Shown here: piece after piece, positions 48,125-57,521 of the stretch
Position numbering within the stretch: position 1 is the first letter of the stretch
Layout of the letters: every line of letters begins with the position of its first letter
Source of the DNA: an uncultured virus (IMG/VR IMGVR_UViG_3300006990_000018)
Taxonomy: Duplodnaviria; Heunggongvirae; Uroviricota; Caudoviricetes
IMG/VR virus record: IMGVR_UViG_3300006990_000018
Length of the DNA stretch: 64,000 bases
Strand: one strand, 5' to 3'
Program-made: the position numbers and the translations under genes
The notes under the pieces: generated by a model
What the model was told of the DNA's origin: nothing
Database searches by the model: none
Seen by the model: the letters and a program-made list of their open reading frames with translations, nothing else

Positions 48125-48637
48125 ATGAGCAACCTCGCCTTCCACCGCACCACCGAAAACGGAGCCGCCCAAATCCTCGCCCACGGCATCAAGTCCATGG
48201 CTTCTCAAGGCTGGGACCTTCCCGACTACAAAGAGGACGCTGAGGGCTACGAGAACGCCCGCCAATTCATCGCCAGCGCTGGCTTCAAGTTCCAAATCCG
48301 CCCGCTCTCGTGGATTAAAATGTATGAGGCCGCTGAACCCAACTGCTGGATGATGCGCCGAGACTTCCGAGAAGTCCAGAGCCGCTTGAACTCCGTCTTT
48401 GTCCGCACGGGCGGCGTTGAGACCTGCTGGGCGCCCGAGGGATGCACCATCGCTATTGACCTTGACAAAGTGGACGCTGAGCGCACCACGGACGGCTATG
48501 GCCAATCTGACAACGGGACAGGCGTTGAGGACTTGCAGGTGTTCGGAGACATCCCAGCCAGCGCCGTCCTTGGTATCGTGTGCGATGACTGGATGACCGC
48601 CCACGGCTTCACCGTTGAGAGCGGCGGCCTTGAGTGA
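48125..48637 (+). CDS. Possible ADP-ribosyltransferase-fold protein
   Basis: FHRTT...A..I...GI at the N-terminus, SVF strand, GDIPASAV near the C-terminus. Confidence 0.45.
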   Translation: MSNLAFHRTTENGAAQILAHGIKSMASQGWDLPDYKEDAEGYENARQFIASAGFKFQIRPLSWIKMYEAAEPNCWMMRRDFREVQSRLNSVFVRTGGVETCWAPEGCTIAIDLDKVDAERTTDGYGQSDNGTGVEDLQVFGDIPASAVLGIVCDDWMTAHGFTVESGGLE

Positions 48638-48701
48638 GCCGTTCAGCGTGCTCGGCGACGCCCTCGGGCGAGCGCTGGCGCTGGCGCTGTCTCTGATGCG
48701 G

Positions 48702-48751
48702 AAAAACGCATGACTGCGAGGCGGTGGCCCCTTCGGGTCATCATCATCCAC
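48702..48751 (-). ncRNA. Putative small RNA, family copy C
   Basis: TTTATA..TGTTCAA-GTGGATGATGATGAC...CAGTCATGCGTTTTT. Confidence 0.5.
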
Positions 48752-48847
48752 TTGAACATAAGGCTGACAGCCTATAAATGTTTCGTGCCTATACTTTCAG
48801 AACCTTTGAGCGAATCCTTTATGTAGGGGTGGCTTCCATGAGGAACC

Positions 48848-49561
48848 ATGGCGAACACCACCCTAACCCTAACCTTCCCTAAGCGAGTCGGCGGCGCCGC
48901 CGTCCGTGCTGATGTGGCCGACCTCATCCACCGAGTCATTGACTCCGTGGCCGCTGACCTTGACTTGAGCGAAAACACCCTTGAAGTTCACTTCACGAAC
49001 GACCGCAACACCCACCGACCCGCACACCTTGCGACCTCCATGAAGGTCCTTCAAGACGAGCGCCAAGGACGCTATGTGAACATTGAGGCCATTAGCACCC
49101 TCGGCGTTGGCTTTGATGGCTCCCTTCCTCACATGAAGGTCAATCTCCAAGGCGTCAAGGCCGCAGACTATGACGGCTTGACACCCTACACGGCGAACCA
49201 TGTTATTCATGAGACGCTCCACTACCTTCAAACCGCCCTCGGCGTCATGTCCTCAACGCAGACCGTCAAGGGCTACGGACGAAGCGTGAGCCGCCGCACA
49301 ACGACCACATGGAACCATGGCCCAGCCTTCGCCCTCAACCACGCCATCCGCACGGCCGCAGGTCGCAACATGATGAACGAGCCTCAAGAGAGCGACGAGA
49401 GCACCACCTACGACCGCCGAAGCATCACCTACGATGAAATGCCGTGGGAGCACCAAGCATGGCGAGGAGCCTACATTCTCGGCCGTGCGCTTGGCTTCGC
49501 ACCCTGCGAGGAAACCCGAGCGACCTACCGACGATTCATGAAGAAGGCGGGTCGCCGCTGA
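48848..49561 (+). CDS. Zincin-like metallopeptidase
   Basis: HETLHYLQ (HExxH) and downstream MPWEHQA. Confidence 0.75.
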   Translation: MANTTLTLTFPKRVGGAAVRADVADLIHRVIDSVAADLDLSENTLEVHFTNDRNTHRPAHLATSMKVLQDERQGRYVNIEAISTLGVGFDGSLPHMKVNLQGVKAADYDGLTPYTANHVIHETLHYLQTALGVMSSTQTVKGYGRSVSRRTTTTWNHGPAFALNHAIRTAAGRNMMNEPQESDESTTYDRRSITYDEMPWEHQAWRGAYILGRALGFAPCEETRATYRRFMKKAGRR

Positions 49562-49752
49562 GGCCGTCCGTCGCCGTGGTCTCATCGCTTGATTGGACCC
49601 TATCATAATAGGTCTGGGGACCCCCCCCTATGATTCTCAGTAGCATAATTTTTTCCGATTCGCCCACATACCTCTCTCGGACGCTGAGTCAAAAATCGTC
49701 TTATGTTTTTATAGGAGATACCTTAATATAGGTGTGGCCCCTACGGTATAAC

Positions 49753-49869
49753 ATGGACGAAACACCGACCACCGAGATTGGAGAAATCATCGCATACCGA
49801 GACTGTTGTGGAATGCCCCACCGAAACGGAGAGGGCGATTGTTGCTCTTGGTGTGGAACTTGGGCGTGA
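49753..49869 (+). CDS. 38-aa Cys-rich peptide (not in the ORF track)
   Basis: Family promoter ending CTACGGTATAAC-ATG; CC..H....CC..C. Confidence 0.55.
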   Translation: MDETPTTEIGEIIAYRDCCGMPHRNGEGDCCSWCGTWA

Positions 49870-49910
49870 GCCGCCACCGTTAAGAGCCATGCTGGCCAGA
49901 GGGTCAAGTC

Positions 49911-50231
49911 ATGAGCACCGTCAGCACGCTAACAGCCACAGGAGTGGCCACAGGCAAACACGCCATACTTTACGGCATAACGGTCAGCACGGTCGTCCCA
50001 ACTCCTCCTCCAACAGGGGACCTCATCATAGACATACGAGACTCAGCGGCCGCTGATGGGACAGGCGACCTAATCGCCCGCATGGTTCTCGGGGGCGTTC
50101 AGCCACCAACCTCGCAAATGAACAGTATCACCTTTGACGGCGTTCGCTGTGCAAACGGCATCGCCGTGAACATCACAAACTCCGCACCCGATGCACATGA
50201 CGACATCGTGGTTAGCATTGAATACGAATGA
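49911..50231 (+). CDS. Putative small virion structural protein
   Basis: T/G/V-rich beta-type sequence (IDIRDS, ITFDGVRCANGIAV). Confidence 0.55.
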   Translation: MSTVSTLTATGVATGKHAILYGITVSTVVPTPPPTGDLIIDIRDSAAADGTGDLIARMVLGGVQPPTSQMNSITFDGVRCANGIAVNITNSAPDAHDDIVVSIEYE

Positions 50232-50509
50232 GCAACATGCAACAGGTCATTTTCTGCTGGAACGACGAAGCAACCCGTCTTTGGATTCTTTGGGACAACG
50301 ACCAGCGGGAATCATTCTCGTCTCTGGTATTCCCCGACCGCTTCGCCCTATTCTCTCACATAGCCTCGTGTGCGAACTCGTGGGCGAGAGACTACGATGT
50401 GAACATATGCTCGGTGGTTGTCAAGAACCCAAAGGCAGACCATCAGTCATGGTTGATTGACTGGCGACCGATGGAGCACCCAAACGCTCGTTGCATCACT
50501 CTTTCATAA
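50228..50509 (+). CDS. Hypothetical protein
   Basis: ATGA overlap with the upstream gene. Confidence 0.55.
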   Translation: MSNMQQVIFCWNDEATRLWILWDNDQRESFSSLVFPDRFALFSHIASCANSWARDYDVNICSVVVKNPKADHQSWLIDWRPMEHPNARCITLS

Positions 50510-50554
50510 GTTTTGAGCGACACATTGATATAGTAGTGCCTACTACGCTTAACC

Positions 50555-50989
50555 ATGCAACCCCTAACATGGACCCCGAACAACAAGACCGCCAAGGACA
50601 TAGGTGCACATAACCTATACGAAACCCAAACCAGCGATGGAACCAGCATCCGAATCATCAAGTTCGGACGAAACTCTCAATGCTCTGAGGTATATCCATG
50701 GACCATCGCCGTGTCAAACGGAATCACAGGTTCCAATTGGTTCAATGTGGCCTCCCCTGCATCCTGCGGAGGGCACTTGCTTCAAGATGTCTCTTTGATT
50801 GATGCAAAGGGCTTCGTCCAATTGTTCAACTCTGAAATGCGTGAACTGGACTACTCCTACGCCTCTCTCGCTCAAGCACAGGAAGCCGTTGAAAGCGTGT
50901 CGTTCCTTTATGCCCATTTCAAAGAGCACCGCCCCAACGGCTGGCCCCACACCGCTGGCTCGTTCATTCCCGAACCCCGTGTGTATTGA
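50555..50989 (+). CDS. Hypothetical protein
   Basis: Family promoter. Confidence 0.68.
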   Translation: MQPLTWTPNNKTAKDIGAHNLYETQTSDGTSIRIIKFGRNSQCSEVYPWTIAVSNGITGSNWFNVASPASCGGHLLQDVSLIDAKGFVQLFNSEMRELDYSYASLAQAQEAVESVSFLYAHFKEHRPNGWPHTAGSFIPEPRVY

Positions 50990-51177
50990 ATAGGTGGGCA
51001 ATCGGTATATACCGTATGACGCCTCCCTTGGAGCATGGAACGCAAGAGGCTGAGCCTCATGAGCGACCCGTCGGCAATTGGCTCGGCGGTCCAAGCGCTC
51101 CTGCTGATGAACCCTCATCGCACATTTGTCCTTGCCCGAGAAGGGGAGGACATGGTGATTCACACCGAGGATTGAAC

Positions 51178-51705
51178 ATGGCGCTCACGAGCGAACACCA
51201 AACCCACATCCACCAACTATTCTATGCCCTGTGCAAGGAGCGGGGCTGGGCCTTGGGTCTGCCGACTTGCTTTGACTACGGGTATCTGAATGCCGATGTG
51301 AAGTGTGTGCAGGCCCGCATCACCCTCGGGGAGGGCAAGCCCCTCATCCTCTTCCATCCTGCCGCCTTTGGCCGTGGAAGGCTCGTGAAGGGTCTCCTAC
51401 ACCACGAACTGTGTCATTATCTCCTCGGACCCGAGGTTGGCCATGGGCCACGATTCTTGACGCTTGAAGAGGGCTGGGACGGGTATTATGCCTTCAAACA
51501 AGAGTCGGCCGACTTCGCTCGGTGGCTCCTGCGACAACGACCCGAATATCGTCTCACCTGCCTTGCCTGTGGGACGGTTATGCTAAGGAATACAGTTCCA
51601 GTCGGCCGAATAGCATGCCGTGCCTGTTGTGAGAAACATGCTAATGGTGAATATGACGAGAGGTATAACCTTCATATAGGTGGGGAAGGTTGGCTAAAAT
51701 CATGA
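51178..51705 (+). CDS. SprT-like metalloprotease
   Basis: LLHHELCHY..GHGPRF followed by CxxC...CxxC. Confidence 0.78.
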   Translation: MALTSEHQTHIHQLFYALCKERGWALGLPTCFDYGYLNADVKCVQARITLGEGKPLILFHPAAFGRGRLVKGLLHHELCHYLLGPEVGHGPRFLTLEEGWDGYYAFKQESADFARWLLRQRPEYRLTCLACGTVMLRNTVPVGRIACRACCEKHANGEYDERYNLHIGGEGWLKS

Positions 51706-52187
51706 CCGCAACAAAAATCGGCAAGCAAGAAATGAAAAGACTGACCAAAGACCTCATTCAAAAGCGATTTGAGGACGCTGGATTCACAGCCATGACTCGT
51801 TCCGCAGGTGCCGTGAACTACATCGCCTTGAAACCTGACCCCAACGAGCAGTATGTCGCCGCTTCCATTTACGGAGACCGACGAGGTGCCGCTTCCATTT
51901 GGGTCAAAGACGAAGTGCTCCACGACTTGAAGTCCGAAGGCAAAGTCTCGGCCACCGATGACCGCACCATCCAAGATGTGTCCTTCTTCAAGCGGGGCAT
52001 GGATTGGAAAATTGAGATTCACAACACCTCTGACACTCTCATTGAGGACATCGTTCGCCTCTCAACCGCATGGTGGAACACCAAGAAGGTGGAACTTGAC
52101 GCCAAGGCCGCTGAGGCCGCTGAGAAGGCTCGTGTCGCCGCAGAGCGAGAAGCCGCCATGGACGCCAAGCGCCGCTCTCCATTCTGA
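51702..52187 (+). CDS. Hypothetical protein
   Basis: TTCATATAGG promoter lying inside the upstream gene. Confidence 0.72.
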   Translation: MTATKIGKQEMKRLTKDLIQKRFEDAGFTAMTRSAGAVNYIALKPDPNEQYVAASIYGDRRGAASIWVKDEVLHDLKSEGKVSATDDRTIQDVSFFKRGMDWKIEIHNTSDTLIEDIVRLSTAWWNTKKVELDAKAAEAAEKARVAAEREAAMDAKRRSPF

Positions 52188-52245
52188 GTCGGTTCCATTT
52201 GTTTTGAGCGACAGGTTAATATAGGGGTGTCCCCTACGATTAAAC

Positions 52246-52542
52246 ATGCAAGAAGCAACCCGAACCCGATTTGAAGCAGGCCGAACCTACTTTGTGAACA
52301 CCCGAACCACGGGGCTGAAAACCGCCTTCCGTGTTGTCGCCGTTCATGACGACCTCAACCTCGCCACCATTGAAATGCAAGACGGAACGGTCCAGCGCCG
52401 ACCTATTCAACGACACGGCATCGCAGACGGCCGTGTGGTTGATGTGTTGGCTTTCAATGAATACAACCGCCTCTCATGGTCCGACCAACCCGCTGACGAA
52501 GTGTTTGGTGAAGAGTGGGTCGCCGTCTTTTGGGACGAGTGA
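52246..52542 (+). CDS. Hypothetical protein
   Basis: Family promoter ending CTACGATTAAAC-ATG. Confidence 0.72.
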   Translation: MQEATRTRFEAGRTYFVNTRTTGLKTAFRVVAVHDDLNLATIEMQDGTVQRRPIQRHGIADGRVVDVLAFNEYNRLSWSDQPADEVFGEEWVAVFWDE

Positions 52543-52585
52543 TTTGAGCGACTCCTTCTTATAGGTGGGGCGTCAAGTCCAAACC

Positions 52586-52819
52586 ATGAGAACAACGACC
52601 GTTGAAATCAGCATTGGAAATGTGAGCATTCGGATTGAGGCACCAGCCGACGCATCCGTCGTCGTGGCTGAGGTCCCCAAGACCGAGACTCTCGTTCATG
52701 AACGCAAGAGCAAGGCTGGCTACACCATCCCCGACCGAGCACCCGACCATTGTTCTCAATGCGGCGCCGAAGGGCGACGATGCAACCACGACCTCGGCGG
52801 TTGTGTTGAGTGCAGGTGA
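52586..52819 (+). CDS. Small Cys-rich protein
   Basis: Promoter-linked ATG; CxxC..C.H...CxxC. Confidence 0.6.
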   Translation: MRTTTVEISIGNVSIRIEAPADASVVVAEVPKTETLVHERKSKAGYTIPDRAPDHCSQCGAEGRRCNHDLGGCVECR

Positions 52820-52824
52820 ACCCG

Positions 52825-53826
52825 ATGTGGACTGAACAACACCGCCCGCAGAACCTCTTTGAGGTCGTGGGCCAACATCACATCATCAAAGTCCTACTGG
52901 CCATGGTTCAACGCCTCCACGAGGACGGCGACACCAGCGTCCCCCACCTACTCTTTGCAGGTCCCGCTGGGACGGGCAAGACCTCAACGGCCATCGCCTT
53001 CATGAAGCACGCCTTCGGCGACTCGTGGGAATCCAATTGGCTGGAACTCAATGCCTCGGACGAACGCTCCATCGGAGTCATACGCACCAAGGTCAAGGAG
53101 TTCGCCAGCCGTGGCGTCATCGGGACCTACACTACCCCCGACGGAGAAACGCGTCCTATGCCGTTCAATGTCGTGTTCTTGGACGAGGCGGACAACCTCA
53201 CCCCAGACGCTCAGTCGGCCCTGCGCCGCACCATGGAGCGCTACAAACAGACCCGCTTCATCCTCTCAGCGAACTACCCTCAAAAATTGATTGACCCCAT
53301 CAAGGACCGATGTGCATTCAGCGACACGAGATTCCGTCCCGTGTCAAACGAGGACATGAGGCTCGCCCTCACCGCCCTATCGGACTCACTAAGCCCCGAC
53401 GCTATGCACCTCCTGTGCAAGACCAGCCGAGGCTCTATGCGGAAAGCACTCAACCTCCTGTGGACGCTAACCCGAATCAAAGGCCCCGTTCATGTGGACG
53501 ATGTGAAGGACCTCATCACTACGATGGACCCCGACCGCACCAAGTCCCTGCTGGCCAAGGTGGCCAAGGCCAAGAAGGCTCCTCGTGGCGACTCACTCCG
53601 ACTCTTCCGTGAGGTGGATAAGGAGGTGGACGCCATGGCCAAGCGAGGCATGACGGGCGTGGAGATTCTCAACGCCTTCTATGACCTCGTGGCCTACGAC
53701 GAGTCCATGCCCCTCGGCCTACAACAAGCGGTGCTCTCGGGACTTGGCGATGGCCTCTATTGGGCCAGCGTCGCTCAAGACGATGTGCTGGCCGTCAAGG
53801 CGTTCCTACGGAAGGTGGTTCTTTGA
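52825..53826 (+). CDS. rfcS: Replication factor C small subunit (clamp loader)
   Basis: [43 protein letters not shown] and GSMRKA motifs. Confidence 0.92.
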   Translation: MWTEQHRPQNLFEVVGQHHIIKVLLAMVQRLHEDGDTSVPHLLFAGPAGTGKTSTAIAFMKHAFGDSWESNWLELNASDERSIGVIRTKVKEFASRGVIGTYTTPDGETRPMPFNVVFLDEADNLTPDAQSALRRTMERYKQTRFILSANYPQKLIDPIKDRCAFSDTRFRPVSNEDMRLALTALSDSLSPDAMHLLCKTSRGSMRKALNLLWTLTRIKGPVHVDDVKDLITTMDPDRTKSLLAKVAKAKKAPRGDSLRLFREVDKEVDAMAKRGMTGVEILNAFYDLVAYDESMPLGLQQAVLSGLGDGLYWASVAQDDVLAVKAFLRKVVL

Positions 53827-53864
53827 GCACAATCCTTATATATATGGGGCTAACTCGCAAGACC

Positions 53865-54053
53865 ATGTGGGAAGTCCTATCGTTCCAACGAAACCGCTCA
53901 ACCGCCGAGGAACTCGCCATTGAATGTGAGAACTTCCTCGCCATCCCATGTCATGTTCGTCAAACTTGGCTTGACCGTTTGCTCCGACGCTACCGTGTCG
54001 TGTGCGACCGCTCGGGACTTGAGAACGGATTCGTATGGGAGAGGAGACCATGA
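53865..54053 (+). CDS. Hypothetical protein
   Basis: TTATATATA promoter. Confidence 0.5.
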   Translation: MWEVLSFQRNRSTAEELAIECENFLAIPCHVRQTWLDRLLRRYRVVCDRSGLENGFVWERRP

Positions 54054-54397
54054 GCCACGAAGCGGACGACAACCCTCGCATCATTGAACTCATCAAAGAG
54101 CGCATGGCCATCGGTGTGGACCGATACGGCCACGGCCTTCGCAACCAAGACGACACTACCCAATGGGGAACCAAAGAGGACTCGTGGGTGGAGATGGCGA
54201 TTGAAGAGGCGCTGGATATGTGCGTTTATCTCTCCGCCGCCCTCGTTCGCATTGAGTGCGAGCGCAAGGCGCTGAACGACAAAATCCGTGAGATGGAGCG
54301 CAAGCAAACCCAATTGCTCATGACCACGAAGGGCGTGAGCAAGAAGCGACGCTCAGCATGGCGCCGTCTCCTGTGGGGGAATGGCGATGAGTCGTGA
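54050..54397 (+). CDS. Hypothetical protein, possibly all-alpha nucleotide pyrophosphatase-like
   Basis: R...G..RYG..L...W...A.EE.LD...Y motif common in viral proteins. Confidence 0.55.
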   Translation: MSHEADDNPRIIELIKERMAIGVDRYGHGLRNQDDTTQWGTKEDSWVEMAIEEALDMCVYLSAALVRIECERKALNDKIREMERKQTQLLMTTKGVSKKRRSAWRRLLWGNGDES

Positions 54398-57008
54398 ACC
54401 CCTCCTCATTCTTGATGTGGCCGCAGACGGCGACGAGAAAGCGTGGAGCACGGTGCTCCGATGCAAGCGACGAAACGGCGACACGGTGAACCTGCGTGTG
54501 CACGGATGCAAGGCCGCCTTTTGGACGGCCAAGCCCAAGTCCCAGCACCCATGGACGAACAGAGTGGACGGTGTGAAGAAGGTCTCCATCTCGGACAAAA
54601 CCAGCGTGGAGGGCACGCCCCTCATGGAGGTCCTGTGCGATTCTCCATTCCACATTCGCAAGGTTCGGGACTTCTATTATCCGCACTACGCCGCAGACGC
54701 CAAGTGGTCGTCTCTCGTGCGCTGGACTCACGGCTGGGAAGCCGTCATTGAGGTGGACCTCAGCAAAGACCTCCAAGCCTTGCGCCCCGTGAACATTCAC
54801 CCCAGCGAGGTGCCTGCCTCTGACTTCACTCCCTCTCTCCTCTATTTTGACATTGAGACCGCTGACTCGTTGGATATGGAGAACGCGCCCGAACCCGTCG
54901 TGTCAATCGCTCTCTATGACTCAATCACAGGCATCCATGAAATCGCTACAACAGCCCCTACGAGCGAGCGTTTGGTCAAGAGGTTCCTTGGGTCCTCCGA
55001 GGCGCTTGAGGCGGTTGTGGAGCACGAGAACCCCATTCCTCCGATTGACCCCGATAAGGTCGTCGTGGTCAATTTTGACGCACCCGACTTTGCTGAAAGA
55101 GAAGTGGACCTCCTCAAGTGGTGGGCCGACGCCATTCGGCGCTACGACCCCGATGTCCTCGCAGGTCAGAACATCAAGGGTTATGACATTCCATACCTCG
55201 TGAACAGAGCCAAACGGCTCAAGTGGAAGGAGGGGTTGTCCGCTCCAAACCTACACTTCATGCGACGGATGCCGACCTTTGACACCAAAATTGCCTACGC
55301 AGAGCAGGTGCAAGGCGCCGCCGCCACAACGGGAGCGGCCTCGCTCTCGTGGATGGCTCACTCAACGCTGGGCTACGGCAAGGTGCCGAGGACCCGCATC
55401 GTCCAATTGATGCAAGAGGACCCCATGATGCTCGCCGTTTATAACGCGTGGGACAATGTGTGCGCTCATCGTTGCATGGACCGTTTGGACCTCCTCCCCT
55501 TCTATGTGATGAAAACGGCGTATCACAATTCAACGCTACACAATAGCCACTCCAACATGATGCTCGTTGAGGACATGATGGGCCACCTGCTAATGCACGA
55601 GAACATCATCCTCCCATCCGTGCAGGTCGTCGCTGACTCCATGCCCGAGGGCGGGATTGAGCAGGGTGGGTTTGTCATGGACGCCCCGACGGGCGTGTGG
55701 AAGAACGCCTTTGAATTGGATAACTCCATGGAATACCCCTCCGCCATCATCACGGGGAACTTCGGCCCCGACACCAAGGTGAACCCCGCCGACTATCCCG
55801 ACGGCTTCCCGTTCCCTTACACCAAAACACAGGGCGGTCGCTACTATCGCCGAGACAAAGAGTCCATCATGGCCCGTGTTCTCCGCAACCTCGCCAGCGC
55901 CCGTCAAGCACTCAAGGACGAGATGAGGACCGAGAAAGACCCCGAGCGACTGCTCCTGCTGGACCGCCAGCAACGGGTTATGAAGGAGAATATGAACTCG
56001 TGGTATGGCGTGTTGGGTTCGGGGCGAACCGAAAAAACCCGCAACCGACCGTTCCGTCTCGCCGACCCCGAGATTGGGTCTGACATCACCGAGACCGCAC
56101 GACTGCACAACGATTGGAACAAGCACTACATCAACCGCCGCACCCTTTGGTTCTGTGATGAAGGGGTATATGTGGAAAAAGACTATATACCCCCATCCCT
56201 TGGGTGTATAGAACTCCGCTTCATGACGCTCTATCAAGACACGGACTCCTGCAAGGTCGCCATCGCCAATCACGACGAGGCCGAAGAGTCAATTCGTCCC
56301 TTCACCGAGCGAGACATCATGGATATGGCTCAAATCCTGTGCTCCGAACTCAACGAATCGTTCCACGACTTCACCAAGGAGACGCTCAATGTGGCCAAGA
56401 ACGAGTTCTTCAACATCAAGCCCGACGCCTATTATGAGCGATACTTCCAATGGGGCGTCAAGAAGCGCTATGCCTATCGGGATTATTCGGGGAAGCACGG
56501 TTATCGGGGTGTGGAACTGCGCCGCTCATCGTCTCCGCCCGTTGTCAAGCGTGTTCAGCAGGCCATTTTTGACTGCATTTTGGATGGTGGAGACGCTCCC
56601 GAGGTCGCTCAATTGGTCAGAGAACACCATGAAACCATGCTTGACCCAGCCAAAACCGAGCAGAAGGACTTCGGCCAACCGTTTGGATTCAAGAAACGGG
56701 GCACTTTCGCCTACAAGGCGGCTATGTGGAGCAACGATAACATCGGAACGACCTTTGACTTGGGAGACAAACCACTCATTTTCTTCGCAAAATCGGCCCC
56801 CAAACCTCTCCCAAACAACCGACGAGTGGCTGTGGAGTGGGGAGACACTCCCGACCAGCACGGTATTGAGGTTGATAGGCCCATGAGCATTGAATCGTTG
56901 TTCGCTCAGTCCAACTCATTCGCCGCCATCCTTGGAGCGCTGGGAACAAATTGGGACCGTTGCATATCGGGGGTCGGAACCTCCACCTTGGATGAGTGGT
57001 TCTCGTGA
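54387..57008 (+). CDS. polB: Family B DNA polymerase with 3'-5' exonuclease
   Basis: FDIET, QNIKGYDIPY, YN..D, D....YPS, K...NSWYG, DTDS and KKRYA motifs; C-terminal PIP-like TLDEWF. Confidence 0.95.
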   Translation: MSREPLLILDVAADGDEKAWSTVLRCKRRNGDTVNLRVHGCKAAFWTAKPKSQHPWTNRVDGVKKVSISDKTSVEGTPLMEVLCDSPFHIRKVRDFYYPHYAADAKWSSLVRWTHGWEAVIEVDLSKDLQALRPVNIHPSEVPASDFTPSLLYFDIETADSLDMENAPEPVVSIALYDSITGIHEIATTAPTSERLVKRFLGSSEALEAVVEHENPIPPIDPDKVVVVNFDAPDFAEREVDLLKWWADAIRRYDPDVLAGQNIKGYDIPYLVNRAKRLKWKEGLSAPNLHFMRRMPTFDTKIAYAEQVQGAAATTGAASLSWMAHSTLGYGKVPRTRIVQLMQEDPMMLAVYNAWDNVCAHRCMDRLDLLPFYVMKTAYHNSTLHNSHSNMMLVEDMMGHLLMHENIILPSVQVVADSMPEGGIEQGGFVMDAPTGVWKNAFELDNSMEYPSAIITGNFGPDTKVNPADYPDGFPFPYTKTQGGRYYRRDKESIMARVLRNLASARQALKDEMRTEKDPERLLLLDRQQRVMKENMNSWYGVLGSGRTEKTRNRPFRLADPEIGSDITETARLHNDWNKHYINRRTLWFCDEGVYVEKDYIPPSLGCIELRFMTLYQDTDSCKVAIANHDEAEESIRPFTERDIMDMAQILCSELNESFHDFTKETLNVAKNEFFNIKPDAYYERYFQWGVKKRYAYRDYSGKHGYRGVELRRSSSPPVVKRVQQAIFDCILDGGDAPEVAQLVREHHETMLDPAKTEQKDFGQPFGFKKRGTFAYKAAMWSNDNIGTTFDLGDKPLIFFAKSAPKPLPNNRRVAVEWGDTPDQHGIEVDRPMSIESLFAQSNSFAAILGALGTNWDRCISGVGTSTLDEWFS

Positions 57009-57469
57009 GACTCGGCAAGGAGCGGGAATGCTACCGCCTACTACGAGGCGAGGTTGGCTTGACCCACTTTCAGATTCGGACGCTGGCCTATCGCCACATG
57101 AGGAGCGACCGCTGGGTCCGAGCAATCGGCAAGGAGCGAGCCTCCTTTGTGGAGGAGAACGCCGAACTCATTGACTCCATCGCCATACAATGTATGCGTG
57201 AGGACCCTCGGGTCGCAGGGCGGGCCATCCTGTCTTTGGTTTGGAATGACCGAACCCATTCTCCTGCCGTTTGCTGGACGGTCGTTGCCGAGGCAAACCT
57301 CCGCATCGCCAAGGCTATGGACTATGATAGGAAGGCGGTTCGTCAAATGTGGGAGACAACCCGAACAATGAGAGAGTGGGAATCAAATCAAGGTCATAAA
57401 CGATGGACTGAGGACCACTTGGAGACATACCTCATCATCAAAGGATTCATCCCTCCCAAAACACTTTGA
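57005..57469 (+). CDS. Hypothetical protein
   Basis: GTGA overlap with the polB stop. Confidence 0.6.
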   Translation: MRLGKERECYRLLRGEVGLTHFQIRTLAYRHMRSDRWVRAIGKERASFVEENAELIDSIAIQCMREDPRVAGRAILSLVWNDRTHSPAVCWTVVAEANLRIAKAMDYDRKAVRQMWETTRTMREWESNQGHKRWTEDHLETYLIIKGFIPPKTL

Positions 57470-57521
57470 CCGCTACTTTGATATAGGTGGGCTGTGTTAG
57501 GTCGGTTTGGAGAGAACCCAA

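Noticed and set aside
47435..48751. C/D-box guide sRNAs (AUGAUGA resembles box C)
   Set aside because: No CUGA D box near the 3' ends, and copy A has GACGAC instead of GAUGAU
54387..57008. Intein in PolB, helicases or RFC
   Set aside because: Protein lengths are normal and no C/S...HN splice or LAGLIDADG motifs are visible
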